DNA of 64,000 bases from Phycisphaerales bacterium (GTDB lineage: Bacteria; Planctomycetota; Phycisphaerae; UBA1845). The first letter of the stretch is position 1; the number at the start of each line of letters is the position of its first letter. The DNA lies in contig CP070691.1 in NCBI GenBank assembly GCA_020353195.1, positions 1,457,212-1,521,211 on the forward strand. Direction: 5' to 3'. The notes beneath the pieces are model-generated. The model made no database searches, was not told the origin of the DNA, and saw only the letters and a list, made by a program, of their open reading frames with translations. Positions 39,059-48,411 of the stretch are shown here, one piece after another. The position numbers and the translations under genes were made by a program.

Positions 39059-40300
39059 ATGCCTAGCGCGTTCATTGTCTGGACCGTAGTCTGCTGCCTC
39101 ATCGCGTTGGTCTGGCTGTCGCGCCATGTCTCGGTCAGCCGGGCGCAGCGCCACGAACGCACGCTCTCCTCTCGATCGTACGACGGGGCGCCCGCGCGGG
39201 CACCGCGGGTGTCGGTCCTGGTGGCGGCCAAGGACGAGGAAGAGAACATCGGCGATTGCGTCCGGTCGCTGCTGGAGCAGGATTACCCGGACTATGAAGT
39301 GATCGTCACCAACGACCGTAGTGTCGATCGGACGGGCGCGATTCTGAACGATCTGAGACGATCATCGGCGAACGGCAAACTCAAGATCCTGACCGTCGAG
39401 ACGCTGCGCGAAGGATGGTTCGGCAAGAACAACGCCATGCGTGAAGGCGTCGCCGCCGCCACCGGCGAATGGTACTGTTTTGCGGACGCGGACTGTCGTC
39501 AGACGTCTCGCCGCACGCTGTCCATGGCCGTCCGCGAAGCCATCGAGCGGGGCGTCGATTTCCTCTCCGTGTTGCCCGTTTTGGAGACCCGCAGCTTCTG
39601 GGAGCGCCTGTTGCAGCCGGTCTGTGCCGGCGTCATGGTCTTCTGGTTCCGTCCCGAACGGGTGAACGACCCCAAATCCCGCACCGCCTATGCCAACGGT
39701 GCCTTCATGCTGATGACGAGAAGCTGTTATGACCGGATCGGCGGGCACGAGTGCGTCAAGACCGAGGTCAACGAAGACATGCACATGGCTCGAATCGCCA
39801 AGGCCAAGGGGCTGAGCCTCCGCGTGATTCAGAACGACGACCTCTACGTGACCCGCATGTACGCGTCGTTTGTCGAGACATGGCGGGGCTGGAGTCGGAT
39901 CTTCTACGGCTGCTTCGGCTCGTTTCGACGGTTGGCCGTCAGCATGCTGCTGTTGGTGACGGCCAGCATCTTGCCGTGGGTCTCGCTGATCGTCTCCGCG
40001 ATCGGCGGTCTGGTCGCTGGCCCATCTCGTGCCGGACCCTGGTGGACGGTGGCTGCGGTCTCTCTCGTTGTCGTGATCGTCCAGCAGACCGTGACGTTTC
40101 GCTTCTACAGACTCGTGCGAAGCCATCCAGCCTGGTCCTTCGGGTATATCGTGGGGGCGGTGCTGTGCCTGGGCATGTTGATCAATGCCGCGTTGAAGCT
40201 CGGCGGAACCACCCGGACGATCTGGCGGGGCACGGCCTATCGGGGAGATCGTCTGGATACCCCCGGCATGCCGGACATGCAGAACGCAGGGAAACCATGA
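39059..40300 (+). CDS. Membrane-bound glycosyltransferase family 2 (lipid/terpenoid glycosyltransferase-like)
   Basis: 413 aa. An N-terminal TM segment is followed by VSVLVAAKDEEENIGDCVRSLLEQDYPDYEVIVTNDRSVD, FADADC and WRGWSRI (QxxRW-like). The C-terminus has further TM segments. Confidence 0.8.
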   Translation: MPSAFIVWTVVCCLIALVWLSRHVSVSRAQRHERTLSSRSYDGAPARAPRVSVLVAAKDEEENIGDCVRSLLEQDYPDYEVIVTNDRSVDRTGAILNDLRRSSANGKLKILTVETLREGWFGKNNAMREGVAAATGEWYCFADADCRQTSRRTLSMAVREAIERGVDFLSVLPVLETRSFWERLLQPVCAGVMVFWFRPERVNDPKSRTAYANGAFMLMTRSCYDRIGGHECVKTEVNEDMHMARIAKAKGLSLRVIQNDDLYVTRMYASFVETWRGWSRIFYGCFGSFRRLAVSMLLLVTASILPWVSLIVSAIGGLVAGPSRAGPWWTVAAVSLVVVIVQQTVTFRFYRLVRSHPAWSFGYIVGAVLCLGMLINAALKLGGTTRTIWRGTAYRGDRLDTPGMPDMQNAGKP

Positions 40301-40761
40301 TTGAGTGGCTGCGGCAAAACTACGTTACCGCCGTCATCGCCATTGTGGCCATCGTTGTTCTGTGGCGGTTGCTCCGCCGGATCCGCCGACGACGCCGGCT
40401 GTCGAGACCCGTGATGCTGCATCCCAAGCTGCAGAAGTACGGTGGTTCGCAGCAGTTGGCGCTCGATCGCCGGCGCGAAGCCGAGAAGATCGTGGCCACC
40501 TCGAGTACCACCGAGATTGCCGGCTATCGGGTCGTCGAGCAGGTCGAAGCCGTCTTCGTCGACGGCTTCGCCCGTCCGGAAGAAGCGCTGGAGGGGCTGA
40601 AAGCGGCCGCCGCAATGAAGGGCGCCAACGCGCTGACAAACGTACGACAGGAACGGTCGTCGGCCGGCCGTTACAGCGCCGGAGGGGACGCGGTAAAGGT
40701 CGTCGGATCTGCGGATGGCGGTGACACCGACCCCGCGGGAACTCCGCCTGACGCTACGTAA
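40297..40761 (+). CDS. Membrane-anchored YbjQ/UPF0145-like domain protein
   Basis: In-frame ATG 40297 of track ORF 39751..40761, overlapping the GT2 stop (ATGA). It has an N-terminal TM helix. The region IAGYRVVEQVEAVF...ALEGLKAAAAMKGANALTNV resembles YbjQ family proteins. Confidence 0.5.
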   Translation: MIEWLRQNYVTAVIAIVAIVVLWRLLRRIRRRRRLSRPVMLHPKLQKYGGSQQLALDRRREAEKIVATSSTTEIAGYRVVEQVEAVFVDGFARPEEALEGLKAAAAMKGANALTNVRQERSSAGRYSAGGDAVKVVGSADGGDTDPAGTPPDAT

Positions 40762-41056
40762 CCGCGTCCAGAACGCGTTCGTGTGATCGGCGTCGAGGAT
40801 CCGGCCGCCCACGGACTCGAGCAGGATGGCGATGCAGGGCACGGGCCGGCTCGCGTCGCAGCGGGCCGGACAGGTTCTCGCCGGGCGGGGAACGAGAAGA
40901 TTTCCGTCCCCCGGTGCCCGCGGGACTCTGGACGTGCCGTGTCCCCTTGTACTACTATGAGGGCTGGGTCGGTGCGGGGCAGCGGGAAATGGTGGTGGCC
41001 TGCCCGGGGCCTTGTGCGAGCGAATCGTCTGTGGTCTGGATAGCAAGGAGCCGCTC

Positions 41057-41416
41057 GTGGCACGGGGAAGTCTTCGACGATACGACGTTCAAGCCAGGTG
41101 GTCGATCGTGTGTTCGGTGGTATCCATCCTGCCGCTGATTGCAGTGGTGGTTGTGATGATCCTCCGGTACAAGCCCAACCTGGGTCTCATCGTGTTCGGG
41201 AATCCGCTCTATCAGCCGGGCGTGATGGGCACCGCTGCGGTGGCCATGCTGCTCAGCGCGGTGGGCGCGATCCTGGGATTCAATAGCGCCGGGCAGCGGC
41301 GTAACGAACATCAGAAGCGATCCTGGGCGGGGTTTTTCCTCGGTGTCTTCGTATTGTCGCTGGCCATCATTACGTTCGCCGCTTTCTGGATGCTGAAATG
41401 GAAGTTAACGGTGTAG
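41057..41416 (+). CDS. Small hypothetical membrane protein (three hydrophobic segments)
   Basis: GTG 41057 is preceded by AAGGAG and lies within track ORF 41012..41416. The start is uncertain. Confidence 0.45.
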   Translation: MARGSLRRYDVQARWSIVCSVVSILPLIAVVVVMILRYKPNLGLIVFGNPLYQPGVMGTAAVAMLLSAVGAILGFNSAGQRRNEHQKRSWAGFFLGVFVLSLAIITFAAFWMLKWKLTV

Positions 41417-41463
41417 CGCCGCCGGTCCGATGACCCGGACCGGTCGCCGACCGGCCCCGTTCG

Positions 41464-42609
41464 ATGCTTCGAGCCGCGCATACCCGGACATTGCTGGACG
41501 TCCTGTCCTTGCCCACGGCCCCGTTCGTCGAGGGCCGGGTGCATGCCTACATTGAGGACTTCTGCCGCAAGCTTCGCAGGGTCACGGCCGCCCACGACCG
41601 GGCGGGGAACATCCTCATGCGCTATCGGGGCGACTCGCGACGGATCCGCCGGCCCGTATGCCTGAGCGCCCATACGGATCATCCCGGCTTCGTCGCCGAA
41701 CGGATGATAGCGCCGGGGCGCCTCCGCGCGACCTGGCGGGGCGGCGTGCGACCGGTGTACTTCCGCGGCGCCCGCGTCCGGTTCCTCGTGGGCAACGAGT
41801 GGGTCCGCGGGCGCGTGCGGTCGGTCCGCACAGGCGGTCGAGGGGCGACCCGGCGCGTCGAGACCGCTGACGTCGACGTCCGGCGTCCGGTCCCGGCCGG
41901 TGCCATCGGCATGTGGGATCTGCCGGACGCGAGGATACGCAACGGTCGGGTCTACGCCCGAGGCTGCGACGACCTGGCCGGTGTGGCCGCCATGCTCTGC
42001 TGCCTCGAAACGCTGTCGCGAAGGAAAGCCCGCACCGAGGCCTACTTTCTGTTCACCCGGGCCGAGGAGGTCGGGTTCGTCGGCGCCATGGCCGCCTGCC
42101 GACAGCGCACGGTCCCCGAGCGCTGCCTTGTCGTCACGGTCGAGACCAGTTCGCAGCTTCGTGACGCCCGGATGGGGGACGGCCCGATCCTTCGCGTCGG
42201 CGACAAAGCCACAACGTACTTCTCCGCCGCCACGAGCTACTGTCAGGCAATCGCCGACGCGGTGGGCAAGCGCGATCGGACATTTGCGTATCAGCGGAAG
42301 CTCATGGACGGAGGAACGTGTGAGTCGACCGTTTACTGCCAGTTCGGGTACGAAGCCACCGGCCTGTGCCTCGCCCTGGGCAACTACCACAACATGAACC
42401 TGCGGACCGGTCGGATCGGTGCCGAGTACGTCGACCTCGCCGATTTTGCCAACCTGGTCAAGTGGTTCGTCGCCCTGACGACGACCAGGGATCCCTACAC
42501 GGGCACGCATACCGCTCTCCGCACCCGCCTTCGCAAGATCGAGCGGGAGCACGCGACCCTTCTCCGCAAAACCCGCAACGCGGTCGTTCCGGCTGCCGAC
42601 CGGTCTTGA
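41464..42609 (+). CDS. M42/M20-type metallopeptidase-like hydrolase
   Basis: 381 aa. Metal-ligand-like motifs are LSAHTDHPGF, GCDDLAG and TRAEEVGFVGA. Confidence 0.6.
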   Translation: MLRAAHTRTLLDVLSLPTAPFVEGRVHAYIEDFCRKLRRVTAAHDRAGNILMRYRGDSRRIRRPVCLSAHTDHPGFVAERMIAPGRLRATWRGGVRPVYFRGARVRFLVGNEWVRGRVRSVRTGGRGATRRVETADVDVRRPVPAGAIGMWDLPDARIRNGRVYARGCDDLAGVAAMLCCLETLSRRKARTEAYFLFTRAEEVGFVGAMAACRQRTVPERCLVVTVETSSQLRDARMGDGPILRVGDKATTYFSAATSYCQAIADAVGKRDRTFAYQRKLMDGGTCESTVYCQFGYEATGLCLALGNYHNMNLRTGRIGAEYVDLADFANLVKWFVALTTTRDPYTGTHTALRTRLRKIEREHATLLRKTRNAVVPAADRS

Positions 42610-42863
42610 TGCCTGGGAACGGCTTCAAAGACCGCTGCGGGGCCTCCACACCGCCGTGGGACCGACTTCCCTGTCGCCCGGAAGAGAAGACCGGCGGGCC
42701 TGCCCCGCGGATTCGCATCGGGCCTAAACTTTTTTCAGCCCAGCGGCCGATAATCCGATCAGGGAGCTTAGGTCCGCAGGGGGCAGCCTGTGCGGTGGCG
42801 GCCCGGTTTGTTCCGGTTCGCGGACCCATCCCAACTCCCGGCATTGGAAGGAAGGAGCCGACC

Positions 42864-43613
42864 ATGCTCTACGTGGCAATGACGTTCTGGCTACTGGTAA
42901 TCGTCTTTCTGGCGTGGGGAGTCCATCAGCTGTGGAGCGGGATGATCAAGCCACGGACCGTCAACTCCATCCTGCTGCCGGGCACCCTGGTGGCCCAGCT
43001 GGGCCACGTGCTCGGGCTGCTGGTCACCGGAGCGACCGTCAGCAACACCACACTGTACAAGGATGACGATTCCGGCGAGCCGGAGACCACCCGGGACGCC
43101 AAGCCGAGAATTCCGGTCGTCGGCCCGGTCATCATCGGGCTGCTGCCGCTGCTGGCCTGCGCGACGGCGATCTTCTTCGTCGCCCGCTATCTCGGCGACC
43201 CGATGGTTGATCAGATGACGCAGAAGTCCGTCGCCACCGCCCTGCCGAGCACGGTGGCCGGCATGTGGGATACCCTCCGTGATCAGGTCACGCTGGCCGA
43301 GCATGCGCTGAACGCCGCCCTGGAGGCCGACACCACGAGTTGGCAAGCGTGGCTGTTCATGTACCTGCTGATCTGCCTGACGGTGCGGATGGCGCCGTTT
43401 CCGGGCACGATGCGGGGCTCGCTGGGGGCTATTCTCCTGCTCGGGCTCGGAGCCTGGATTCTCGGCATGATTGCCTCGTCCATCCGCGACACGATCATCG
43501 GCGGCTGGCGGATCATGAGCCTTTCCGTGGCGGCGCTGTCGTTTCTCCTGCTGGCCAGCCTGACCATCCGTGGCGGAGTGGGGCTGATCAAGCTGCTGGC
43601 CGCCAACAGGTAA
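42864..43613 (+). CDS. Hypothetical polytopic membrane protein
   Basis: In-frame ATG 42864 of track ORF 42366..43613, with GGAAGGAG 7 nt upstream. The product is hydrophobic from the first residues (MLYVAMTFWLLVIVFLAWG). Confidence 0.65.
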   Translation: MLYVAMTFWLLVIVFLAWGVHQLWSGMIKPRTVNSILLPGTLVAQLGHVLGLLVTGATVSNTTLYKDDDSGEPETTRDAKPRIPVVGPVIIGLLPLLACATAIFFVARYLGDPMVDQMTQKSVATALPSTVAGMWDTLRDQVTLAEHALNAALEADTTSWQAWLFMYLLICLTVRMAPFPGTMRGSLGAILLLGLGAWILGMIASSIRDTIIGGWRIMSLSVAALSFLLLASLTIRGGVGLIKLLAANR

Positions 43614-43668
43614 CCGGTCCACCCCGTCTCCGGACACGTCCGTTCCACGTTGGACGACGTGGACCGGT
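43613..43668. terminator. Nested hairpin in the convergent intergenic region (candidate bidirectional terminator)
   Basis: ACCGGTCCAC (43613-43622) pairs perfectly with GTGGACCGGT (43659-43668). An inner CGTCC/GGACG stem sits at 43637-43656. There is no clear U-tract. Confidence 0.35.
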
Positions 43669-43766
43669 AACAGAGGACGTTTTCCGCGTGGCTTGCCCGA
43701 CGGTGTCGGGCGGCGCCGGTGTGCGTACGGCCTAGCCGAACCACCCCGCACTGCAGGACGCCGGGT

Positions 43767-44687
43767 TCACCCTTTCCTACCGCCGGGAGCCTGTGGGACG
43801 GTGTGCTTATGCGGCACGCCGTAGTATCCGGAGCACTTGAGGCACCGGGTGACGTCGCCGCACACTGATTCAGGGACTTGCTGGATATAGTGACACCTCG
43901 GGCAACGAACCGGAACGAAGTTCGACGCGGAACCGCGCGAAGACCTCCGTTGCAGCCTGGTTTTCTGTGAGTCGTCCAGTAGGTAGTCGTGCTGGCGCCG
44001 TCTCCTCTTCGCCCGTTTTCTTTCAAGCATGCGCTGGCGATCCAGAGCGGTGAAGCGGGGTGTGGGTTCCTTGATCAGCTTCTTTCCGGTCGCCGCCTGG
44101 TAGCAGTAGGTGAAGAGAATCTCCCATTCCCGGCATTGAAGAGTCCGAACCAGCTCCTGGCCGACCCGGTCGAGTTTGTCGATCCGGGCCAGCTCGTAAA
44201 GGTCCAGGAACGCGATCGGCTCCCATGCGCAGTCAAACTCCATGATCTGCTTGAATCGCGCGATCGTCTTGTTGTTGCTGGCCCCGGCGGTGCTGATGGC
44301 GTCAACGGCGTACTTTGCCATCTCCTCGAAGATCGGATGACCCTCCATCGCCTGGAAACTGCTCTTCGCCTGGGCGAGTTGGCCGAGATGTCGCTGACAC
44401 AAGCCCGCGAGATACCACCGCTCCCTTTCCCTCGCGGGCTCGGCGGCCGCCACACATTCGTGGAGCCACCCATTCCACATGTACAGCATCGCCCGCGTGG
44501 CGGCGCCCATCGCCGTGTCTGCCAGCTTTGCGCGTCCGAACAGCTTCGCGTCGTCGATCTCGTCGAGCGTGTTTTTCGCCGTTTCGCTGGGGCGAAGTTG
44601 CCATCGCAGCGGTGGCACTTTCGCACTCCGCTGCATCAGAACATACGTTACCTCGGAGGCGAGCAGGGACGTATCCAGACCGATCAT
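43767..44687 (-). CDS. Hypothetical protein: helical N-terminal domain, basic linker, C-terminal CxxC...CxxC zinc ribbon
   Basis: 306 aa. The C-terminus reads VRCPRCHYIQQVPESVCGDVTRCLKCSGYYG, with an RKRAKRRRRQ linker. I recognise no family. Confidence 0.6.
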   Translation of the reverse strand: MIGLDTSLLASEVTYVLMQRSAKVPPLRWQLRPSETAKNTLDEIDDAKLFGRAKLADTAMGAATRAMLYMWNGWLHECVAAAEPARERERWYLAGLCQRHLGQLAQAKSSFQAMEGHPIFEEMAKYAVDAISTAGASNNKTIARFKQIMEFDCAWEPIAFLDLYELARIDKLDRVGQELVRTLQCREWEILFTYCYQAATGKKLIKEPTPRFTALDRQRMLERKRAKRRRRQHDYLLDDSQKTRLQRRSSRGSASNFVPVRCPRCHYIQQVPESVCGDVTRCLKCSGYYGVPHKHTVPQAPGGRKG

Positions 44688-44852
44688 AGTTCTCTTCGCT
44701 TATCAGACGCGTATCGAACCATATTCGTCTCGCGTACTTTTTCGGTTTGAACTTGAACAGCCTTTGGCAAGTCTCGGCGGAGTCGGTGGGGCGACCGAAT
44801 GCGTGATGCTATCGGGCGTGCGACCCCGACCCCCGGCCATCGAGAGATCGGA

Positions 44853-46724
44853 TCAGCCGCTCTGTCGATCGAGCTCTTCCTGGTAACGTGTCATGACCGC
44901 CTGGCGGGTGATCAGGCCCTCGATGTGGGTACTATCGCCGGGCGCGGTCAGCGGCAGCGAATGCACATCATTGCGGGCGAACTTGTCCATTATGCTGTCC
45001 AGCGTTTCATCCGGACGGACGGCGGGCACGCCGGACCGCAACAGTTCGCCGACCACGAGCAGTGGAACCGCCTCGGGCTGCAGGAGTGCCGTCTTGATAT
45101 CATCGGCCACCACGAGTCCCTGATAAACGGACTCCTCGTCGACGACGACGAAGTCCGGCGCTTCGGACTCCTCCGCCAACTCCAGCAGCCTGTGCAGGCT
45201 GTCATCGGGATGGACGAACTGGGTCGGTGTCACCCGGACCTGGTCGGCGGTGATGCGCTTGAGAATGGTCAGGTCGGCCAGTGTGCCCATGCGCACGCCC
45301 CGGCGGCGCAGCTTCAGCGTGTAGATGCTGTCGCGGCAGAGCAGTTGAGCCCCGGCGGTGGCCACGATGGCGGCAAACATGATCGGAACAATGACCCGCG
45401 GCTCGCGGGTCAGTTCGTACAGAATGACGATGGCGGTCAGCGGGGCGTGGGTGGTGCCAGCCACCATGGCCGCCATGCCCACGAGGGCATAGGCCACCAC
45501 GTGCGCCGGCTGGTCGATGAACCCCAGCGTGTGTAATGCCAGTCCGAACGAGCCGCCGACGGCAACACCCATCATCAAAGACGGGGCGAAGATACCGCCC
45601 GACCCGCCGCTGCCCAACGTGAGACACGTCGCAATAACCTTCAGCACGAAAACGCCGACCAGAAACAGCAGGCCCATTTCGAACACGTTGAGGTTCAGCG
45701 CCCCCTGAATCGTCGGATAGCCGTTGCCGAAGAACAGGGGCATCTCCGGCCGGTGTGAAAAGGTGACGAACAGCACGCCGCACAAACCCAGCAGGACTGC
45801 TCCCAGGGCCGGCTTGAGCGGCTCGGGAATCCGAATGACGTCGGCGATATCCTCCGCCCTGTAGAGCATCCGGATGAAGATCACCGAGGCCACCGCACAG
45901 AGCACACCAAGCACTGCATAGTAGGGCAGTTCGGTAATCCGAAAGAGGTCGCCGGAAAGCGCCTGAATCTCGAAGATCGCCCGGTCTTCACCTCGTAGCG
46001 CATGCGTCAACGACGCGCTGAGCACGCTGGAGAACACGACCGGCGAGAACGTGCGAAACGAGAAATCCTTGAGGAATATCTCCAGCGCGAACAACACTCC
46101 AGCGATCGGGGCGTTGAAGATGGCGGCTATGCCCCCCGCCGCCCCGCACGCCACCAGTACGCCCATCTGTCGGCGATCGACGTTGAACACCTGGCCCACC
46201 GTGCTGCCGATGGCGGCCCCGATCTGAATGATCGGCCCCTCGGTCCCCGCCGACCCGCCGGACCCGATGGTCAGCGCGCTGGCGATCGATTTCGCCACCG
46301 CCACCCGGGGGCGGACGACTCCTCCACGACGGAGGATGGCATCCATGACCTCGGGCACACCGTGGCCTTTCGCTTCTCTGGCGAACCAGTAGGTGATGAA
46401 CCCGACGGCAAGCGCGCCGACCGTGGGCAGGATGACCAGCATGATCACCCGGCCTGCATAAATGCCGTGGTCCTCATGATAGGCAAACTCGAACCCCTTC
46501 TCCAGCAGCAAGTAGAACAGGTGCGCACCATATCCGGTCGCGCCGCCGATGAGGATGGCCAACACGATCAGGAAGTAGTCGTCCTTGAAGCCGATGGCGG
46601 CCAGCAGTCTGGTCAGGCGAACACGCTGTCGCTGCCCGCGGGCCGCCAGCCACTTGATCGATGGGGGCACAATCGACCTCCTCTGACCGGTACGAAACCC
46701 GAAACCGTACCACCCCGGACCCAC
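44853..46724 (-). CDS. ClC-family chloride channel/transporter with C-terminal CBS pair
   Basis: 623 aa. It has the selectivity-filter motifs GSGGSAGTEGP and GGIFAPSL, plus a C-terminal CBS-like region. Confidence 0.9.
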   Translation of the reverse strand: MGPGWYGFGFRTGQRRSIVPPSIKWLAARGQRQRVRLTRLLAAIGFKDDYFLIVLAILIGGATGYGAHLFYLLLEKGFEFAYHEDHGIYAGRVIMLVILPTVGALAVGFITYWFAREAKGHGVPEVMDAILRRGGVVRPRVAVAKSIASALTIGSGGSAGTEGPIIQIGAAIGSTVGQVFNVDRRQMGVLVACGAAGGIAAIFNAPIAGVLFALEIFLKDFSFRTFSPVVFSSVLSASLTHALRGEDRAIFEIQALSGDLFRITELPYYAVLGVLCAVASVIFIRMLYRAEDIADVIRIPEPLKPALGAVLLGLCGVLFVTFSHRPEMPLFFGNGYPTIQGALNLNVFEMGLLFLVGVFVLKVIATCLTLGSGGSGGIFAPSLMMGVAVGGSFGLALHTLGFIDQPAHVVAYALVGMAAMVAGTTHAPLTAIVILYELTREPRVIVPIMFAAIVATAGAQLLCRDSIYTLKLRRRGVRMGTLADLTILKRITADQVRVTPTQFVHPDDSLHRLLELAEESEAPDFVVVDEESVYQGLVVADDIKTALLQPEAVPLLVVGELLRSGVPAVRPDETLDSIMDKFARNDVHSLPLTAPGDSTHIEGLITRQAVMTRYQEELDRQSG

Positions 46725-46945
46725 GGGAGCAAGCGCAGCCTGTGCCGGGCGGACGGATCGACGGCGGATGCCGTCGCGCCGGTTCGGGCGATCCGCGTCG
46801 CCCTTGAAGCAGGTGGGGGGACGACCGCGCTTTGGCGCTCAAGCCCGGGCCGCTACAATGCACTATGCGGCTGCCTGGTACGCAAAGTACTGGCCGTCGA
46901 ACGACGTATGGAAAGGCCGCGCGATCCCCCGGCGGGAGGAACAGG

Positions 46946-48310
46946 TTGAAGAGCCACGCACGAACAATCTGCCTACTTACCGGTACGCTGATCGCCGCCG
47001 GTTGTCATTCACCCCGCGGTGGCCAGTTGGCCGGCCGACTCATAGCCGAGGTCATGACCGGCAGCCAGTTGTCGAACAACCTCCGCGCACTGGCTGTGCC
47101 CGGTGGACGCCTGAGCGGATCGCCCAACGCAGCCAAGGCCGAGCAGTACGTACTGGACAAGCTGCTCGAGTACGGTCTGTCCAACGTGCATTTCGAGGCG
47201 TTTCGCATGACCACCTGGCGGGACCGGAGCACGGAGATCACGGTCCTTGGAGATCCGCCACAGCGTCTGGACGTCGTCCAGGCCCTCGGCAACAGCTTGA
47301 GCACGCCGCCGGAAGGCATCACCGGCGAACTGGTGGACGTGGGAAAGGGGACACGGGAGGAGTTCGAAGCCAGGAAAGAGCTGCTGGCCGGCCGGTTCGC
47401 CCTGGCGCATTACGGCGACGTCCACCGGGCGCGGAAGATGAAGTACGCGCTGCAGCACGGCGCGCTGGGGCTGTTTCACATCTCGCACATCGAAGACCAG
47501 GTCGTTGTGGGGACCTGCCACGACACGCCGGACCCGGCTCCCGGCGTCGCCATCTGCCTGAAGGACGGCGAGAAGTTGTCGCGACGGCTGGCGGTGGGGG
47601 AGACGATCCGAGTCAACGTCAAGATCGACGCCGACGCCTGGGAAGCGTCACCGCGAAACGTGGTGGGCGAGATTCCCGGCCGCGGCTCCCACGCCGACGA
47701 GATCGTCGTCCTCTGCGCCCACCTGGACAGTTGGCACCTGGCAGAAGGGGCGATCGACAACGGGTCGGGATCGGCCGCCATTCTTGAAGCCGCGCGGGCC
47801 CTGGTGACCGTCGGCCCGCCACCACGGCGAACGATCCGTTTCGTTTGGTTCATGGGTGAGGAGCATGGCCTGCACGGGAGCGAGGCCTACGTCGAAGCAC
47901 ATCAGGAGGAGTTGGATCGTATCGTCGCCGTCATCAACCTCGACATGCCCGGCGAGCCGCGTACCTTCGTGACCTACGGGCATCCGGAAGCCGTGGAGTT
48001 CCTCCGGGCGGTGCGTGACGCCTTGCCCGGTTACGAACTGAGCAGGAACGTCCGCACGAGCACCGGTGCGTTCAGCGACCACGCGCCGTTTATGAGGGCG
48101 GGCGTATGCGCATTGGCGATAGGCGGCGACTGCGGTCCGGGCGTGAAGCACTACCACACGGCCGAAGATAAGTACGAAGCAGTGGACCGCCGTGGCCTCA
48201 ACGGCTGTGCCGCCGTACTATCGGTGCTGGCCCGCCGTCTCGCCGACGCCGACCCCGCCCCCACTCACCGCCTCGCCTCCGGCGTTCTGGCCGGACAGGA
48301 CGGCTGGTGA
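46946..48310 (+). CDS. M28-family aminopeptidase with PA domain, probable lipoprotein
   Basis: Track ORF 46832..48310. TTG 46946 is preceded by GGGAGGA and gives a signal LKSHARTICLLTGTLIAAGC with a lipobox-like end. M28 ligands are HLDSW, DNGSGSA and MGEEHGLHGS. The start is uncertain (alternative ATG 46865). Confidence 0.8.
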   Translation: MKSHARTICLLTGTLIAAGCHSPRGGQLAGRLIAEVMTGSQLSNNLRALAVPGGRLSGSPNAAKAEQYVLDKLLEYGLSNVHFEAFRMTTWRDRSTEITVLGDPPQRLDVVQALGNSLSTPPEGITGELVDVGKGTREEFEARKELLAGRFALAHYGDVHRARKMKYALQHGALGLFHISHIEDQVVVGTCHDTPDPAPGVAICLKDGEKLSRRLAVGETIRVNVKIDADAWEASPRNVVGEIPGRGSHADEIVVLCAHLDSWHLAEGAIDNGSGSAAILEAARALVTVGPPPRRTIRFVWFMGEEHGLHGSEAYVEAHQEELDRIVAVINLDMPGEPRTFVTYGHPEAVEFLRAVRDALPGYELSRNVRTSTGAFSDHAPFMRAGVCALAIGGDCGPGVKHYHTAEDKYEAVDRRGLNGCAAVLSVLARRLADADPAPTHRLASGVLAGQDGW

Positions 48311-48411
48311 AAGGACGTCAACAGGCGATGCGCCCCCACAGGTCCCTCGCCGCGCGACTGCGCGCATCGGTGCCTTGGCGCGATCCCTTGCCCGGGCGCG
48401 AACGCTTGCTG

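Noticed and set aside
40237-41063. Minus-strand ORFs (269 aa and 130 aa) spanning the 296-bp gap after the YbjQ-like gene.
   Set aside because: They have Pro/Arg/Ser-rich low-complexity products and run antisense into the YbjQ-like gene. I see no start context.
46832-46859. TTGGCG-N16-TACAAT as a sigma-70 promoter for the M28 peptidase. Other loose -35/-10 pairs were noted near 29166, 53492 and 58945.
   Set aside because: They are plausible but weak hexamer matches. Without transcription start data I do not list them as features. The TTG at 46832 used as the track start is more likely this -35-like element than a start codon.
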